A stretch of 64,000 bases of DNA from Promethearchaeota archaeon (GTDB lineage Archaea; Asgardarchaeota; Lokiarchaeia; Sigyniarchaeales; SOKP01), in the NCBI GenBank assembly GCA_048939995.1, contig JBHLOY010000001.1, forward strand, positions 398,449-462,448, written 5' to 3'. The stretch's first letter is position 1. Every line of letters starts with the position of its first letter. The position numbers and the translations under genes were made by a program. Below the pieces are notes generated by a model. That model made no database searches and was not told the origin of the DNA. It worked only from the letters and a program-made list of their open reading frames with translations. Below, in pieces: positions 1 to 10,611 of this stretch.

Positions 1-1486
1 TTTCTATAGCTGGTATAAATTTAGGTGCTTTACGTTTTTTGGTTGCTTGCTCAAAAGAATAGGCTATCTGAAGTAGTTTCGGTTCTTGAAATGCTCCCCC
101 GAAAAATGAAATTCCAATGGGTAAATTAAATACAAAACCTGCTGGAACAGTGATATTGGGATACCCAGCAACTGCTGCTAAAGAGGAACTGCCACCTGTA
201 AAGTGATCTCCATTAATATAATCTATTAACCAAGCAGGACCTCCGCTTGGAGCAACAATTGCATCTAATTGGTACTCATTTATAGCGGCATCAATTCCTT
301 CCTCTCGGGCAAAACGTTGGCATTTTTGTATTGCTTCTTTGTACTCTTCACTCGTTATTGACTCTTTTTCATTTGCCATAAGGAATAGTTCTTGCCCAAA
401 ATATGGCATAATATCTTGCCTATGGTTTTCATTAAACCTTATTAAATCCTCGAGATTTCTTATAGAATTTATTGGTCCATATTTAAGTAGATATTGATTT
501 AAGTCATGCTTAAAATCATATAAAAGAACTACTAATTCAGGTTCCTCTAAACTATCAAGAGATTTAAATTCGATGGGATCTATTATATCAGCACCTAAAG
601 CCTTCATTTTATCAACGCTTTCTTCCATAATTTTATCAATATGTTCATTCTTACTAAAGAAGTTGCGAGCTACACCTATTCTAGCATTTTTCATTCCATC
701 TGGATCTAAAAATTGGATGTAATCATGAATTTTAGTTTTGTTATCGATTGTGCTTGGATCATCTGGATCAGTTCCAACTAACACGTTTAATAAAATTGTT
801 GCATCATAAATAGATCTCGCCATAGGTCCAGCAGTATCTTGATGATGAGAAATTGGGATAATTCCATTTCTGCTAATCAATCCGATTGTTGGTTTAATTC
901 CAACAACTGAATTAATATGTGATGGGCATATGATTGATCCATCAGTTTCAGTACCAATGGCTATTGGACATAAATTAGCTGCTACTGCAGCAGCAGAACC
1001 AGAGCTTGAACCACATGGACTTCTGTCTAGAGCATATGGATTGAGCGTCTGCCCACCTCGGCTACTCCAACCACTGGTAGAACGAGTTGAACGAAAATTA
1101 GCCCATTCACTTAAGTTAGCTTTCGCAATGATAATAGCACCCGCTTTCCGTAAGTTTTTAACTATAAAAGCATCTTCTGATGCATAATGTCCTTCTAAAG
1201 CTAAGGATCCCGCTGTAGTCTGCATTTTATCAGCAGTATTAATATTATCTTTAATGATGATTGGAATACCATGTAATGGTCCACGAATATTGTTGTCCTT
1301 CCATTCTTTATCTAAATTTTCTGCAATTTCTATTGCATCAGGATTCAGTTCAATTACAGAATTAATTTTTGGTCCAGATTTATCAATTTCATGGATGCGC
1401 TGTAAATACAATCCAGTAAGTATTCTAGCAGAAATTTCCCCGCTTTTCATTAATACATTAATTTCTTTAATGCTATATTCCTTCAT
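1..1486 (-). CDS. Amidase signature family protein (3' end runs off the window)
   Basis: Manual translation from ATG at 1486 (not in the ORF track): MKEYSIKEINVLMKSGEIS...GPLHGIPIIIKDNI...NPYALDRSPCGSSSGSAAAVAANL...GTETDGSIICPS. These are the amidase signature motifs. Confidence 0.9.
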   Translation of the reverse strand, partial: MKEYSIKEINVLMKSGEISARILTGLYLQRIHEIDKSGPKINSVIELNPDAIEIAENLDKEWKDNNIRGPLHGIPIIIKDNINTADKMQTTAGSLALEGHYASEDAFIVKNLRKAGAIIIAKANLSEWANFRSTRSTSGWSSRGGQTLNPYALDRSPCGSSSGSAAAVAANLCPIAIGTETDGSIICPSHINSVVGIKPTIGLISRNGIIPISHHQDTAGPMARSIYDATILLNVLVGTDPDDPSTIDNKTKIHDYIQFLDPDGMKNARIGVARNFFSKNEHIDKIMEESVDKMKALGADIIDPIEFKSLDSLEEPELVVLLYDFKHDLNQYLLKYGPINSIRNLEDLIRFNENHRQDIMPYFGQELFLMANEKESITSEEYKEAIQKCQRFAREEGIDAAINEYQLDAIVAPSGGPAWLIDYINGDHFTGGSSSLAAVAGYPNITVPAGFVFNLPIGISFFGGAFQEPKLLQIAYSFEQATKKRKAPKFIPAIE

Positions 1487-1674
1487 TTTTTACATCTTTT
1501 TAATAATAATAGTTGATAGTCATATTCTTATAAAATTCTTTGTTTCCATTCCTTAGATTCATGTATATTAGTAATTTTTAAGTTTTAATAATCCAATCAA
1601 TGAAAATGATGTAATACTAGAAAATTAATTATAAGAAATATAATTATGTTACTTAATTTCATTAAATTAATAAA

Positions 1675-1863
1675 ATGATTAATACGAGTAAAAAATACCA
1701 AAAGAGAGTAAAACGTCTTAAAGATCATAAAAATGATGAAGAAGGAAGACCACATCAAGAAAAAATAAAATCATATTCGAGTAATATTAAAGTAAGCCAA
1801 TTAAAAAAAAATGATAAAAAAATTCATAAAAAGCTTGATAAAAGTGAGTATACTTGGTTATAG
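1675..1863 (+). CDS. Small lysine-rich hypothetical protein (may be non-coding)
   Basis: 62-aa ORF in an intergenic gap with no recognisable motif. Confidence 0.25.
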   Translation: MINTSKKYQKRVKRLKDHKNDEEGRPHQEKIKSYSSNIKVSQLKKNDKKIHKKLDKSEYTWL

Positions 1864-1945
1864 AGAGAGATGAGAAGATTAACTCGAATTTCTCTAAAAG
1901 ACTCACATACTTAAACCTTTTATTGAAAATCTAAGTGCGAAAAAA

Positions 1946-2722
1946 ATGAACTTTGAAATTATAGATATAAATTCAACAAACTTAGTTAAGTATGGATTAT
2001 TCTGTAAGAAATCTCAGAAGAAAGAAGTAGGATACAAAAATAAAATTGAATGGATAAAGGAGAGATTTAAGGAAGGTTTAAAGTATAAACTTCTGCGAAT
2101 AAGAGAGCAAAATAAAGTATCATTAGGAGGATTTATCGAATATATTCCTGGTAAATATAATTGGAGAGGGATAGCAGCAGATGATTGGATGGTTATTCAT
2201 TGCATTTGGATTGTGGGAAAATTTAAGAAAAAGGGGTATGCATCTAGGCTCTTAGAAGAATGTATGAAAGATGCAGCAGAAGTTGGTATGCAAGGAATCG
2301 TATGTATGACTGCTGAAAAAGGAGGTTGGCTTCCGAATAAAAGACTTTTTGAAAAACATGGCTTTAAAAAGGTTGATGAATTCAAACCCTATTTCGGTTT
2401 ATATGCCAAAGCACTTTCAGATAAAGCAAGATTACCAAAATTTTTTCCCATCTCTAACGATAAGATAAAGGAGTATGATACGAGAGTTACGGTCCTATAT
2501 TCTCATCAATGTCCTTATATCTCACGTACAATTGAAGAAATTAGAGATTTTGCTGAAACTAAGGCTCTGTCCTTTCAGGCTATTAACTTAAAAAGTTGTA
2601 AAGAAGCCCAACAGAATCAAATACATCCATATGGAACATATTGCATTTTTTCTGATGGTAAATTGTTATCATATATACCTGGAGAGAGAAGGAGAATCTT
2701 GGATTTATTAAATGAGAAATGA
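1946..2722 (+). CDS. GNAT acetyltransferase with C-terminal YoaP-like domain
   Basis: FIEYIPG, IHCIW and KKKGYASRLL (acetyl-CoA motif A); C-terminal QCPY...AQ...PYGTY. Confidence 0.8.
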   Translation: MNFEIIDINSTNLVKYGLFCKKSQKKEVGYKNKIEWIKERFKEGLKYKLLRIREQNKVSLGGFIEYIPGKYNWRGIAADDWMVIHCIWIVGKFKKKGYASRLLEECMKDAAEVGMQGIVCMTAEKGGWLPNKRLFEKHGFKKVDEFKPYFGLYAKALSDKARLPKFFPISNDKIKEYDTRVTVLYSHQCPYISRTIEEIRDFAETKALSFQAINLKSCKEAQQNQIHPYGTYCIFSDGKLLSYIPGERRRILDLLNEK

Positions 2723-2742
2723 AGGAGAAATCTAATCCGTTA

Positions 2743-3216
2743 CTATTTGTTAATATATACACCTTCACTTAATTTTTGTTTTAAATCTGCAAAGGCTTTT
2801 TTCCATGCTTTATCAAAAAAGTTACGGGCTTCCTCCCATTCTGAGCTTTTCCTCCAACCAATATGGAAGAGATAAACAATAGTATTATTCTTGTTATCAC
2901 TTGGAAAGAAAAATATCACAACATGAGTCAATGGATCAGCAAAATTCATAAATGAATGAAATTGTTCAGGTCCCTTCCAATCAAATGATATAAATTTATT
3001 CAGTTCAATTCCTGTAATTTTACAACCTATTGTACTATTCAAATCAGGATTAGTAGGGTCCCAAAACAGTTCATACTTACCTCCAACTCTAGGTTCCACA
3101 TCAGCTTTTTCAGGTAACCAACTTTCTAGTAAAGAGTTTACAGTAAACATCTTAAAAGCTAAGTCTAAATCACAATTTAATTCAATTTTATGAAAGATTA
3201 TTCTTTCTATTTTCAA
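2743..3216 (-). CDS. SRPBCC/AHSA1 (START-like) domain protein
   Basis: LLESWL...VEPRVGGKYELFW, ISFDW, H-x-GW and a C-terminal W..AF..LK helix. Confidence 0.8.
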   Translation of the reverse strand: MKIERIIFHKIELNCDLDLAFKMFTVNSLLESWLPEKADVEPRVGGKYELFWDPTNPDLNSTIGCKITGIELNKFISFDWKGPEQFHSFMNFADPLTHVVIFFFPSDNKNNTIVYLFHIGWRKSSEWEEARNFFDKAWKKAFADLKQKLSEGVYINK

Positions 3217-3320
3217 TCACTTTTAGCTATTTTCTTATAGAATATTTAATATAATTATATATTAGTTTATTAATACAATTTATTTAATTTAGAGTGAAAA
3301 TTTGAGGGTAGAATCATATT

Positions 3321-4115
3321 ATGAATAATGAAGATTTAATATTATATGAAGTGGAGAGTCGTATTGCTACAATTACAATAAATAGACCAGATAAAGCTAA
3401 CTCTTGTAATGTTGATATGTTGAAGAAGATACATAGGAGCTTAATTGAAGCTGATGAAAATCAGAAAGTAAAATGTATTCTCATTAAAAGTAAAGGTGAA
3501 AAGTTCTTTTCAGCTGGATATGATCTAAAAGACATTCAAGGTTCTCCTGAACAAGCAAGGATGATTACAGAATGGGGGAGAAATGTGAATGAAACAATTG
3601 TTCTTTTAAAAAAGCCAGTGGTCGTCCAAGTTCAAGGTATCGCAGTTGGCTTTGGTGTTTTAATTACACTTGCATCGGATTTACGTGTTTTTGCCGATAG
3701 ATCTAAAGAGGAGTTATATTTAAGGCTACCAGAAATAGCTATTTCAGCCTTTCCTCAAACTGGTGCAACTTTTCTTCCTTTAATGGCTTTTGGGCTGACA
3801 ATAGCGAAAAATCTTTTATTCACTACAGATACAGTAGGAGTTCAGGAACTTAAAAATATTAATTTTCCAACCCGAGTATTTCCATTAGAAACCCTTGAAG
3901 AGGATACCCTTTCTTTTGTTAAACAGTTAACCAAATATAAAACTGAGTTTTTATTTTTTATTAAGTCTATGTTAGCAATTATGAATAAACGTTATATTAA
4001 ATCTTGTTTTGATCTAGAAGATGAATGCGGTAAAGTGGCTTATGAAAAAGGAAAAAAATTAATGAAAGAGCTAGATAATTTTATTAAAGGTTTACATAGA
4101 AAATATTCTGATTAA
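3321..4115 (+). CDS. Enoyl-CoA hydratase/isomerase (crotonase) family
   Basis: IATITINRPDKANS, FFSAGYDL, KPVVVQVQGIAVGFG, LPE. Confidence 0.9.
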   Translation: MNNEDLILYEVESRIATITINRPDKANSCNVDMLKKIHRSLIEADENQKVKCILIKSKGEKFFSAGYDLKDIQGSPEQARMITEWGRNVNETIVLLKKPVVVQVQGIAVGFGVLITLASDLRVFADRSKEELYLRLPEIAISAFPQTGATFLPLMAFGLTIAKNLLFTTDTVGVQELKNINFPTRVFPLETLEEDTLSFVKQLTKYKTEFLFFIKSMLAIMNKRYIKSCFDLEDECGKVAYEKGKKLMKELDNFIKGLHRKYSD

Positions 4116-4121
4116 ACATTA

Positions 4122-4179
4122 CTTTTGCTCTAACTTCCTCTGCTTGGATTATTAAGGCTTCAATTGTGAAATTTAAATG
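4122..4179 (-). pseudogene. Remnant of a paralogue of the 8937-9611 gene
   Basis: 48/58 nt identical to 9209-9266. Translates HLNFTIEALIIQAEEVRAK versus HYNLTIEVLLIQAEELRVK. Confidence 0.7.
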
Positions 4180-4523
4180 GTTAAATTCAAAGAATCATAA
4201 TTTGGAACGGGATCATATTCGGATTTAAGATTGAGGTTTTGTCGAATCTACTTTTTACCTTTTTCACCTAAAATTGTTTTTTTTCTGAGAAAAAACTTTT
4301 TTATTTTTTAGAGAAGGAAAGCGAAACATAGTTAATAAGATCTATCTTAGACCTTCACTTCCTTCTGATAAATTGGCTTTTTCAGCTATTACATTTAGCA
4401 TTCTCTCTGTATATAGTTGCATACATTACAATTTTTCTGATATGTATGAAAAATATGAATTATATGAGAAACTTTAATTAATTGATATCTTTTTACTTGT
4501 TAATTAGTTAATTTAGGGGAAAA

Positions 4524-4802
4524 ATTATTTTTGGAAAATTAGAATTTTATGGTAGTGCAACCGTAGGTGAACGGGGACAAGTCGTTTTACCAATTGAATT
4601 AAGAAAGAAAATACAACTTGAAGCAGGAGAGAAATTAATTGTAATGGGGACAGAGGGAAAAAATGTAGTTCTTTTACTCAAAGCAGATTTCTTGACTCAC
4701 ATTCTTAATAAGATGGAAAAAGGGCAAAACGAATTAAGGAAATATCTAATGGACAATCCTCTTTCTATAGAAGCTGAAGACAAAGAAATAGAAACTAAAT
4801 AA
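4524..4802 (+). CDS. AbrB/MazE/SpoVT family DNA-binding regulator (probable ATT start)
   Basis: Manual translation: FGKLEFYGSATVGERGQVVLPIELRKKIQLEAGEKLIV. In-frame TAA at 4509-4511, with no ATG/GTG/TTG before the domain. AGGGGA at 4515-4520 precedes ATT at 4524/4527. Confidence 0.8.
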   Translation: MIFGKLEFYGSATVGERGQVVLPIELRKKIQLEAGEKLIVMGTEGKNVVLLLKADFLTHILNKMEKGQNELRKYLMDNPLSIEAEDKEIETK

Positions 4803-4820
4803 GTTAATGGTGATTTTAGA

Positions 4821-7052
4821 ATGAAAGTCAGAATGATTAAGTATTCAAAACCTTATCTTATTATGATTGCTGTTTCTATTGCGTTGTTATTTGGACAAGC
4901 AAACTTTAACCTAACGCTACCTGATTATCTCGCAAAGATAGTGAATGTAGGCATTCAACAGAAGGGTATAGAGAATGCGGTACCCGAAGCAATTCGGGGG
5001 ATCGAAATGAACCATACTCTGCTATTTCTTACTCCAGAAAATCAGACAGACGTGCTTAATGCTTATACTCTGGTGCAAAATGGCACTATAGAAGCTAATC
5101 AATATGTCAATAAATACCCCGCTCTGCATAACCAGTCTATTTATGTATTGACCGATTCTGATAGCATGACAATCACACTTTTAAACCCAGTTATGGCCAG
5201 GGGGCTCTTATCGGTATCCTTCGTCGAATTACTTATGGTTAATGACACATTACGTATGCTTGTAAATATTCAATTAAATATTTCTCTCCCTGGTGGTACA
5301 GATTTATTTGAATATCTTAAAACACAACCTATAGAATTGGGATTGATAACTGCTCTGGTTAACTCACGATTTAGCGCTCTTGGAGAAGCTTTTTTAATAC
5401 AGGCAGCAATTCAAGTTGTAAGAGTTGAGTATGAAAAACTTGGCATAAATGTAGATCAAATGCAACTTGATTACATGTTCTATTACGGTGGTTTGATGCT
5501 TCTTCTTACATTTCTTGCAATGGCTTGCACAATTGGAGTCGGATATTTTGCCGCTAAAATTGCCACCGGAATGTCTCGTGATATGCGAAAGGATATATTT
5601 GAGAAGGTTGAAAAATTCTCGAGTACTGAATTTGATACATTTTCCACAGCATCATTGATCACGCGCTCAACGAATGATATAACTCAAGTCCAAATGGCCA
5701 TAATGATGATCATCCGTTTAGTGTTTTATGCTCCTATTTTGGGGATTGGTGGAGTAATCCACGCCCTTGAATTAGCTCCCTCGATGTGGTGGATACTAGC
5801 AATGGCGGTGGGGGTATTACTTGCCCTGATCCTTGTAGTCTTTTACATAGCCTTACCGAAGTTCAAGAGCATCCAAAAGTTAGTAGATCGCCTTAATCTC
5901 GTAGCTCGAGAGAGTTTGTCGGGTTTAATGGTTGTAAGAGCTTTCAATAAACAAAAGTTTGAAGAACATCGATTTGATAAGGCTAATATTGATCTTACTA
6001 AGGTTTCACTGTTTATAAACCGAGTCATGGTGATCATGATGCCAGTGATGATGATGTTAATGAATGCTTTGGTAATTATTATTATATGGGTCGGATCACA
6101 CGATGTAGCCAATGCAAATATCCAAGTCGGTGATATGATTGCTTTTATGCAATATGCTATACAGGTAACTTTTGCCTTCCTTATGCTTTCGTTAATGTTT
6201 ATCATCTTACCTCGAGCTTTAGTATCTGTAAATCGTATTGCCGAGGTTTTAAAAGTTGATATAATGATCCAAGACCCCGAAAATCCAATACATTTTGATG
6301 AACCATTTAAGGGAGAAATTGAATTTCGAGATGTTTCTTTCCGTTATGCTGGAGCGCCAGAGAATGCGTTGAATGATATATCTTTCACCGCTCAAGCAGG
6401 CCAGTTCACTGCTCTTATTGGACCGACCGGATCTGGTAAATCTACGCTTGTAAACTTGATTCCTCGCCTATATGAGGTGTCATCGGGAGCGATATTAATC
6501 GATGGCGTCGACGTACGTGAAGTAAATCAACAAGAACTTCATGAAAAAATTGGATATGTACCTCAAACAAGCGTGTTATTTTCCGGAACTATTGAAAGTA
6601 ATCTCTTGTTTGCAGATGAAAACGCGAGTGAAGACATTCTTGAATCATCAATAGAGACTGCTCAAGCTACTGAGTTCATAACTTCTAACCCTGAGGGCAT
6701 GGCTACTGAAATAGCCCAAGGTGGTAAGAATGTATCTGGGGGTCAAAAGCAGCGCCTTTCGATAGCTCGGGCATTAGTCAAAAAAGCCCCAATTAACATT
6801 TTAGACGATAGTTTTTCTAATTTAGATTTTAAAACTGATATTGCTTTAAGAAAAGCCCTTCGAAAATCTATATCAGCAAGTACAGTAATTATAGTGACAC
6901 AAAGGGTTTCCACAATAAAAGATGCTGATCAGATCATTGTTCTCAATAAGGGAAAGATTGTTGGAATGGGTAAGCATGCTGAGCTCATGGAAGATTGTGC
7001 TATATATAGGGATATAGCCATTTCACAACTAAATTTGGAGGAATCATCATGA
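4821..7052 (+). CDS. Heterodimeric ABC exporter subunit (TMD+NBD, degenerate catalytic residues), TM287-like, with large extracellular loop
   Basis: Walker A GPTGSGKS, signature VSGGQKQ, Walker B ILDDS (D for E), switch TQR (Q for H). Confidence 0.9.
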   Translation: MKVRMIKYSKPYLIMIAVSIALLFGQANFNLTLPDYLAKIVNVGIQQKGIENAVPEAIRGIEMNHTLLFLTPENQTDVLNAYTLVQNGTIEANQYVNKYPALHNQSIYVLTDSDSMTITLLNPVMARGLLSVSFVELLMVNDTLRMLVNIQLNISLPGGTDLFEYLKTQPIELGLITALVNSRFSALGEAFLIQAAIQVVRVEYEKLGINVDQMQLDYMFYYGGLMLLLTFLAMACTIGVGYFAAKIATGMSRDMRKDIFEKVEKFSSTEFDTFSTASLITRSTNDITQVQMAIMMIIRLVFYAPILGIGGVIHALELAPSMWWILAMAVGVLLALILVVFYIALPKFKSIQKLVDRLNLVARESLSGLMVVRAFNKQKFEEHRFDKANIDLTKVSLFINRVMVIMMPVMMMLMNALVIIIIWVGSHDVANANIQVGDMIAFMQYAIQVTFAFLMLSLMFIILPRALVSVNRIAEVLKVDIMIQDPENPIHFDEPFKGEIEFRDVSFRYAGAPENALNDISFTAQAGQFTALIGPTGSGKSTLVNLIPRLYEVSSGAILIDGVDVREVNQQELHEKIGYVPQTSVLFSGTIESNLLFADENASEDILESSIETAQATEFITSNPEGMATEIAQGGKNVSGGQKQRLSIARALVKKAPINILDDSFSNLDFKTDIALRKALRKSISASTVIIVTQRVSTIKDADQIIVLNKGKIVGMGKHAELMEDCAIYRDIAISQLNLEESS

Positions 7053-8896
7053 TGCGACGATCTGGAGGCCCTATGAGGGGAGCTGGTCCACATGGATCTA
7101 GATTCGGAGTTCGTGAAAAAGCTACCGATTTTCGTGGAACTATGGGAAAATTATTTCGGTATATGGGTAGATATAAATGGTTAGTACTATTGGTATTTAT
7201 TTTTGCGGCAGCTTCTACTACAGCAAGCATTATAGGACCAAAGATTCTAGGAACTGCCACCACTACTTTGGTTAATGGAGTAATAGCCAAAGTTAGTGGT
7301 ACAGGTGAAATTGACTTTGTTAAAATTGGAGGAATTCTATTAGAAGTATTGATAATATACATTGTATCAGCGGCGTTTGGTTTTGTCCAAGGTTGGATTA
7401 TGGCAAATATTTCAACTAATATTGCTTATCGACTTCGTCGAGACATTTCGGAAAAGATTAATCGCTTACCCCTCAAATATTATGATGGAACGACTCACGG
7501 AGAAGTACTCTCTCGAATTACAAATGATATAGACACTATAAATCAAACTTTGAGTCAGAGTCTCACATCAATTATTACATCAGTAGTTACTGTTGTTGGT
7601 ATCGTGATTATGATGTTAACTATAAATTGGATAATGACATTAGTAGCACTTGGAATGCTTCCACTGACACTTCTACTAATAGGCGTCATCATTGGTCGAT
7701 CACAGAAGTATTTTAAACAACAACAAGATTATTTAGGGCATGTGAATGGACATGTGGAAGAAATGTATGGTGGTCATATTGTAGTAAAAGCTTTCAGCGG
7801 AGAGGAAAAAAGTGTCGAAAAATTCAAAGGATTAAATAATCGATGGTATCAAGGATCCTGGAAAGCCAATTTTTTATCGGGATTGATGATACCAATCACG
7901 TTTTTCATCAGCAATTTGGGATATGTTGTTGTTACTATACTTGGCGCGTATTTAGCTATCCAAAATGTTATAACTATAGGGGATATTCAAGCATTTATCC
8001 AATACATCCGTTCATTCACTCAGCCTCTCAGCCAAATTGCTAATGTTTCAAATGTCCTCCAGCAAACAGCTGCTGCAGCAGAACGTGTATTTAAATTTCT
8101 TGAGGAAGAAGAGGAAGTCAATGAAGTATCCAATCCTATTAAGTTAGAACAAGTTAAAGGTTTGGTAGAATTCCGTAATGTGAATTTCGGATATAACCCA
8201 GATAAGATTATTATCCACAACTTCTCTGCAATAGCTAAACCAGGGCAAAAAGTCGCAATTGTGGGTCCAACAGGTGCAGGCAAGACCACATTGGTCAAGT
8301 TACTTATGCGTTTCTATGAATTAAATAGTGGAGCAATTTTGGTTGATGGTCAAGACACTCGAGAGATGACACGTGAAGATTTGCGCCAAATGTTTGGAAT
8401 GGTGCTTCAAGATACCTGGCTTTACAATGAATCTATTATAAATAACATCCGCTTTAGTAATCAAGATGCAACCGATGAAGAAGTGTACACTGCTGCACGC
8501 ATAGCTAATGTAGATCACTTTGTTAAAACTTTACCCGATGGGTATAACATGATAATCAATGAAGAGATAACGAATATCTCTCAGGGTCAAATGCAATTAC
8601 TTACTATCGCCCGTGCTGTTCTTGCCGATCCACCAATACTTATCCTCGATGAGGCTACAAGTTCCGTGGATACACATACGGAGATCCTAATTCAAAATGC
8701 TATGGATGCATTAATGCAGAATAGAACCAGCTTTGTTATTGCTCACCGCTTGTCAACTATTCGAAATGCCGATTTAATCCTCGCAATTCGTGATGGAGAG
8801 ATCGTGGAGCAAGGTACACATAAAGAATTATTAGTTCGGAATGGATATTACGCTGAATTATATAATAGCCAGTTTGAAGCGTTAAATTCTACTTAA
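7049..8896 (+). CDS. Heterodimeric ABC exporter subunit (TMD+NBD), TM288-like
   Basis: GPTGAGKT, ISQGQ, ILDEATS, AHRLST; 4-nt overlap with the partner gene. Confidence 0.9.
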   Translation: MMRRSGGPMRGAGPHGSRFGVREKATDFRGTMGKLFRYMGRYKWLVLLVFIFAAASTTASIIGPKILGTATTTLVNGVIAKVSGTGEIDFVKIGGILLEVLIIYIVSAAFGFVQGWIMANISTNIAYRLRRDISEKINRLPLKYYDGTTHGEVLSRITNDIDTINQTLSQSLTSIITSVVTVVGIVIMMLTINWIMTLVALGMLPLTLLLIGVIIGRSQKYFKQQQDYLGHVNGHVEEMYGGHIVVKAFSGEEKSVEKFKGLNNRWYQGSWKANFLSGLMIPITFFISNLGYVVVTILGAYLAIQNVITIGDIQAFIQYIRSFTQPLSQIANVSNVLQQTAAAAERVFKFLEEEEEVNEVSNPIKLEQVKGLVEFRNVNFGYNPDKIIIHNFSAIAKPGQKVAIVGPTGAGKTTLVKLLMRFYELNSGAILVDGQDTREMTREDLRQMFGMVLQDTWLYNESIINNIRFSNQDATDEEVYTAARIANVDHFVKTLPDGYNMIINEEITNISQGQMQLLTIARAVLADPPILILDEATSSVDTHTEILIQNAMDALMQNRTSFVIAHRLSTIRNADLILAIRDGEIVEQGTHKELLVRNGYYAELYNSQFEALNST

Positions 8897-8936
8897 ATAG
8901 ATTTAAATTTTTTTTTTATCCTAATTCATTAATTTA

Positions 8937-9611
8937 TCAAACCGTTAAGCAAAAGATATAATTATTACCTTTTTTTCCAAAAACAGTAAGTAGGTTGATT
9001 TTTCTAAGAGTGTATGTCATCATTTGAGCTAACCTAACTGAAATATTTAGAGAATCTGAAAGCTCACGATTTGTAAATGGATTTTTAAGTGTTATTGGAA
9101 TTAATTGTAATAATTGTTTAGGATTAGAAAATATCTTCCAATCCAATACTTTAAGCAATCTTCGGTCACTAACACTCCATCCTTTTCGCCTCCAACTTCC
9201 TTTATTGTCTTTTACTCTAAGTTCTTCTGCTTGGATTAATAAAACCTCAATTGTGAGATTATAATGTGATATTAGATGAGGAATGTAAATTAGTTCTTTA
9301 AAAATATTGAGGAAGGAACCATGTTTTGGGGATAATCTTTTTGAATTTATTTTGTTACCAATTGGCTGTAGTTTTATAATCCATTTATCTTTAATTATGG
9401 GACAAATTAGAAGCACTTTGTTATTTTTAAGAAGTTCTTCGAGTTTTCTTCTTATTCCTGCAAAATTTTTTGTTTGAATTTCTATTAATAAATCTTCACG
9501 GGCAAGGTCAACTACGTATTTACCAATTGGGCTCTCAACCTTATCACCTGATTGTTTGAAGATTTGTTTTAAGGCTGCATGTAGGGATGTTTCATTTAAA
9601 GTGCCAATCAT
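8937..9611 (-). CDS. Conserved hypothetical protein: putative PD-(D/E)xK nuclease-like fold with C-terminal HTH
   Basis: E-x-S-L-H, then VD...IEIQT, a nuclease-like pattern; C-terminal FTNRELSDSLNIS HTH-like segment. Confidence 0.55.
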   Translation of the reverse strand: MIGTLNETSLHAALKQIFKQSGDKVESPIGKYVVDLAREDLLIEIQTKNFAGIRRKLEELLKNNKVLLICPIIKDKWIIKLQPIGNKINSKRLSPKHGSFLNIFKELIYIPHLISHYNLTIEVLLIQAEELRVKDNKGSWRRKGWSVSDRRLLKVLDWKIFSNPKQLLQLIPITLKNPFTNRELSDSLNISVRLAQMMTYTLRKINLLTVFGKKGNNYIFCLTV

Positions 9612-9715
9612 TTATAATTAGAATTTTATAGAAAAAATTAAAAATTGAATATTATTAGGAAAATATGCATCCTAAAATAATAGAAATATATTTCTAACAA
9701 ACTTTATCTGAGATT

Positions 9716-9898
9716 TTGGATTCAATACTCTATATGAAAGATGAGATTGAAAAAAGATTACATCGAGTTAAAATAATTAAGAATAGGAATAAGAATAATA
9801 TTAAATGCCCTATTTCTAAACAATGTAATTTTTCAGAAAATTCTTATAGATGTAGTCAGTTCTATAGGAAGTGTACATTTTATAGAATTTTCAAGTAA
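9716..9898 (+). CDS. Small four-cysteine (putative Zn-binding) protein
   Basis: CPISKQC...RC...KC in a 60-aa ORF upstream of the PadR gene. Confidence 0.4.
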   Translation: MDSILYMKDEIEKRLHRVKIIKNRNKNNIKCPISKQCNFSENSYRCSQFYRKCTFYRIFK

Positions 9899-9918
9899 CT
9901 CTTTTTAGGCAAAAATTT

Positions 9919-9948
9919 ATATATGCAATTTTCATATTTTGCATATAT
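9919..9948. promoter_or_regulatory. Inverted repeat, candidate PadR operator
   Basis: ATATATGCAA-N10-TTGCATATAT, with perfect 10-bp arms, about 40 nt upstream of the PadR start; a further ATGCAAA half-site at 9965-9971. Confidence 0.5.
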
Positions 9949-9987
9949 TGTCAATTTATCAAAAATGCAAATAATATTGAATGAATA

Positions 9988-10611
9988 TTGACTGAAAATT
10001 ATGACATAAAACATCGAGCTTTTGTTATATTAGGTTTAATTAATGAGAAAATGCATGAAGGTGGATGTCATGCATATGATATTAATAAAAGGATTGAAGA
10101 AAGGGGAATGAGGGATTGGACAAACATAGGTATTGATTTTTCATTCTCAACAATTTATCGAACCTTGGATAGACTAGAAAATGATGAGCTAGTAGAGAGT
10201 TTTGAGGAAGAAATAGATGGGAGAAATCGAAAAACATATAGAATTACACCTTATGGATATAAAATTCTGAAAAGTAACGTGTATGATGTTTTATATAATT
10301 ATAGGGGGAAGAAAGATGAAGATTTTTATGTTGCTTTTTCAATGTTTCCAATTCTTAATATTGAGGAACAAATTGAAGCTTTTACCCATTCATTAGTAAA
10401 TGTAAAGAATCATAGGAAAGAATTAGAAATCATGTTAAATGAAATGCTAGTTAATTTCCCAAAAATGCCAATCAACGTAACTGGTCTCTTTATCCACCCT
10501 ATTAAAATTCTCAAAACTGATGAAGAATTTTTCGAAATGGTGATAGATGAAATCAAAAAGTTTAGAGGAAATATCAATCCTAATGATTATAAACCAAGAG
10601 AGGCAGAATAA
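9988..10611 (+). CDS. PadR family transcriptional regulator
   Basis: ILGLI...HAYDI...STIYRTLDRLE..ELV...RKTYRIT..G. Confidence 0.9.
   Translation: MTENYDIKHRAFVILGLINEKMHEGGCHAYDINKRIEERGMRDWTNIGIDFSFSTIYRTLDRLENDELVESFEEEIDGRNRKTYRITPYGYKILKSNVYDVLYNYRGKKDEDFYVAFSMFPILNIEEQIEAFTHSLVNVKNHRKELEIMLNEMLVNFPKMPINVTGLFIHPIKILKTDEEFFEMVIDEIKKFRGNINPNDYKPREAE

Noticed and set aside
930-1556. Plus-strand ORFs 930-1187 and 1254-1556
   Set aside because: Antisense shadows of the minus-strand amidase.
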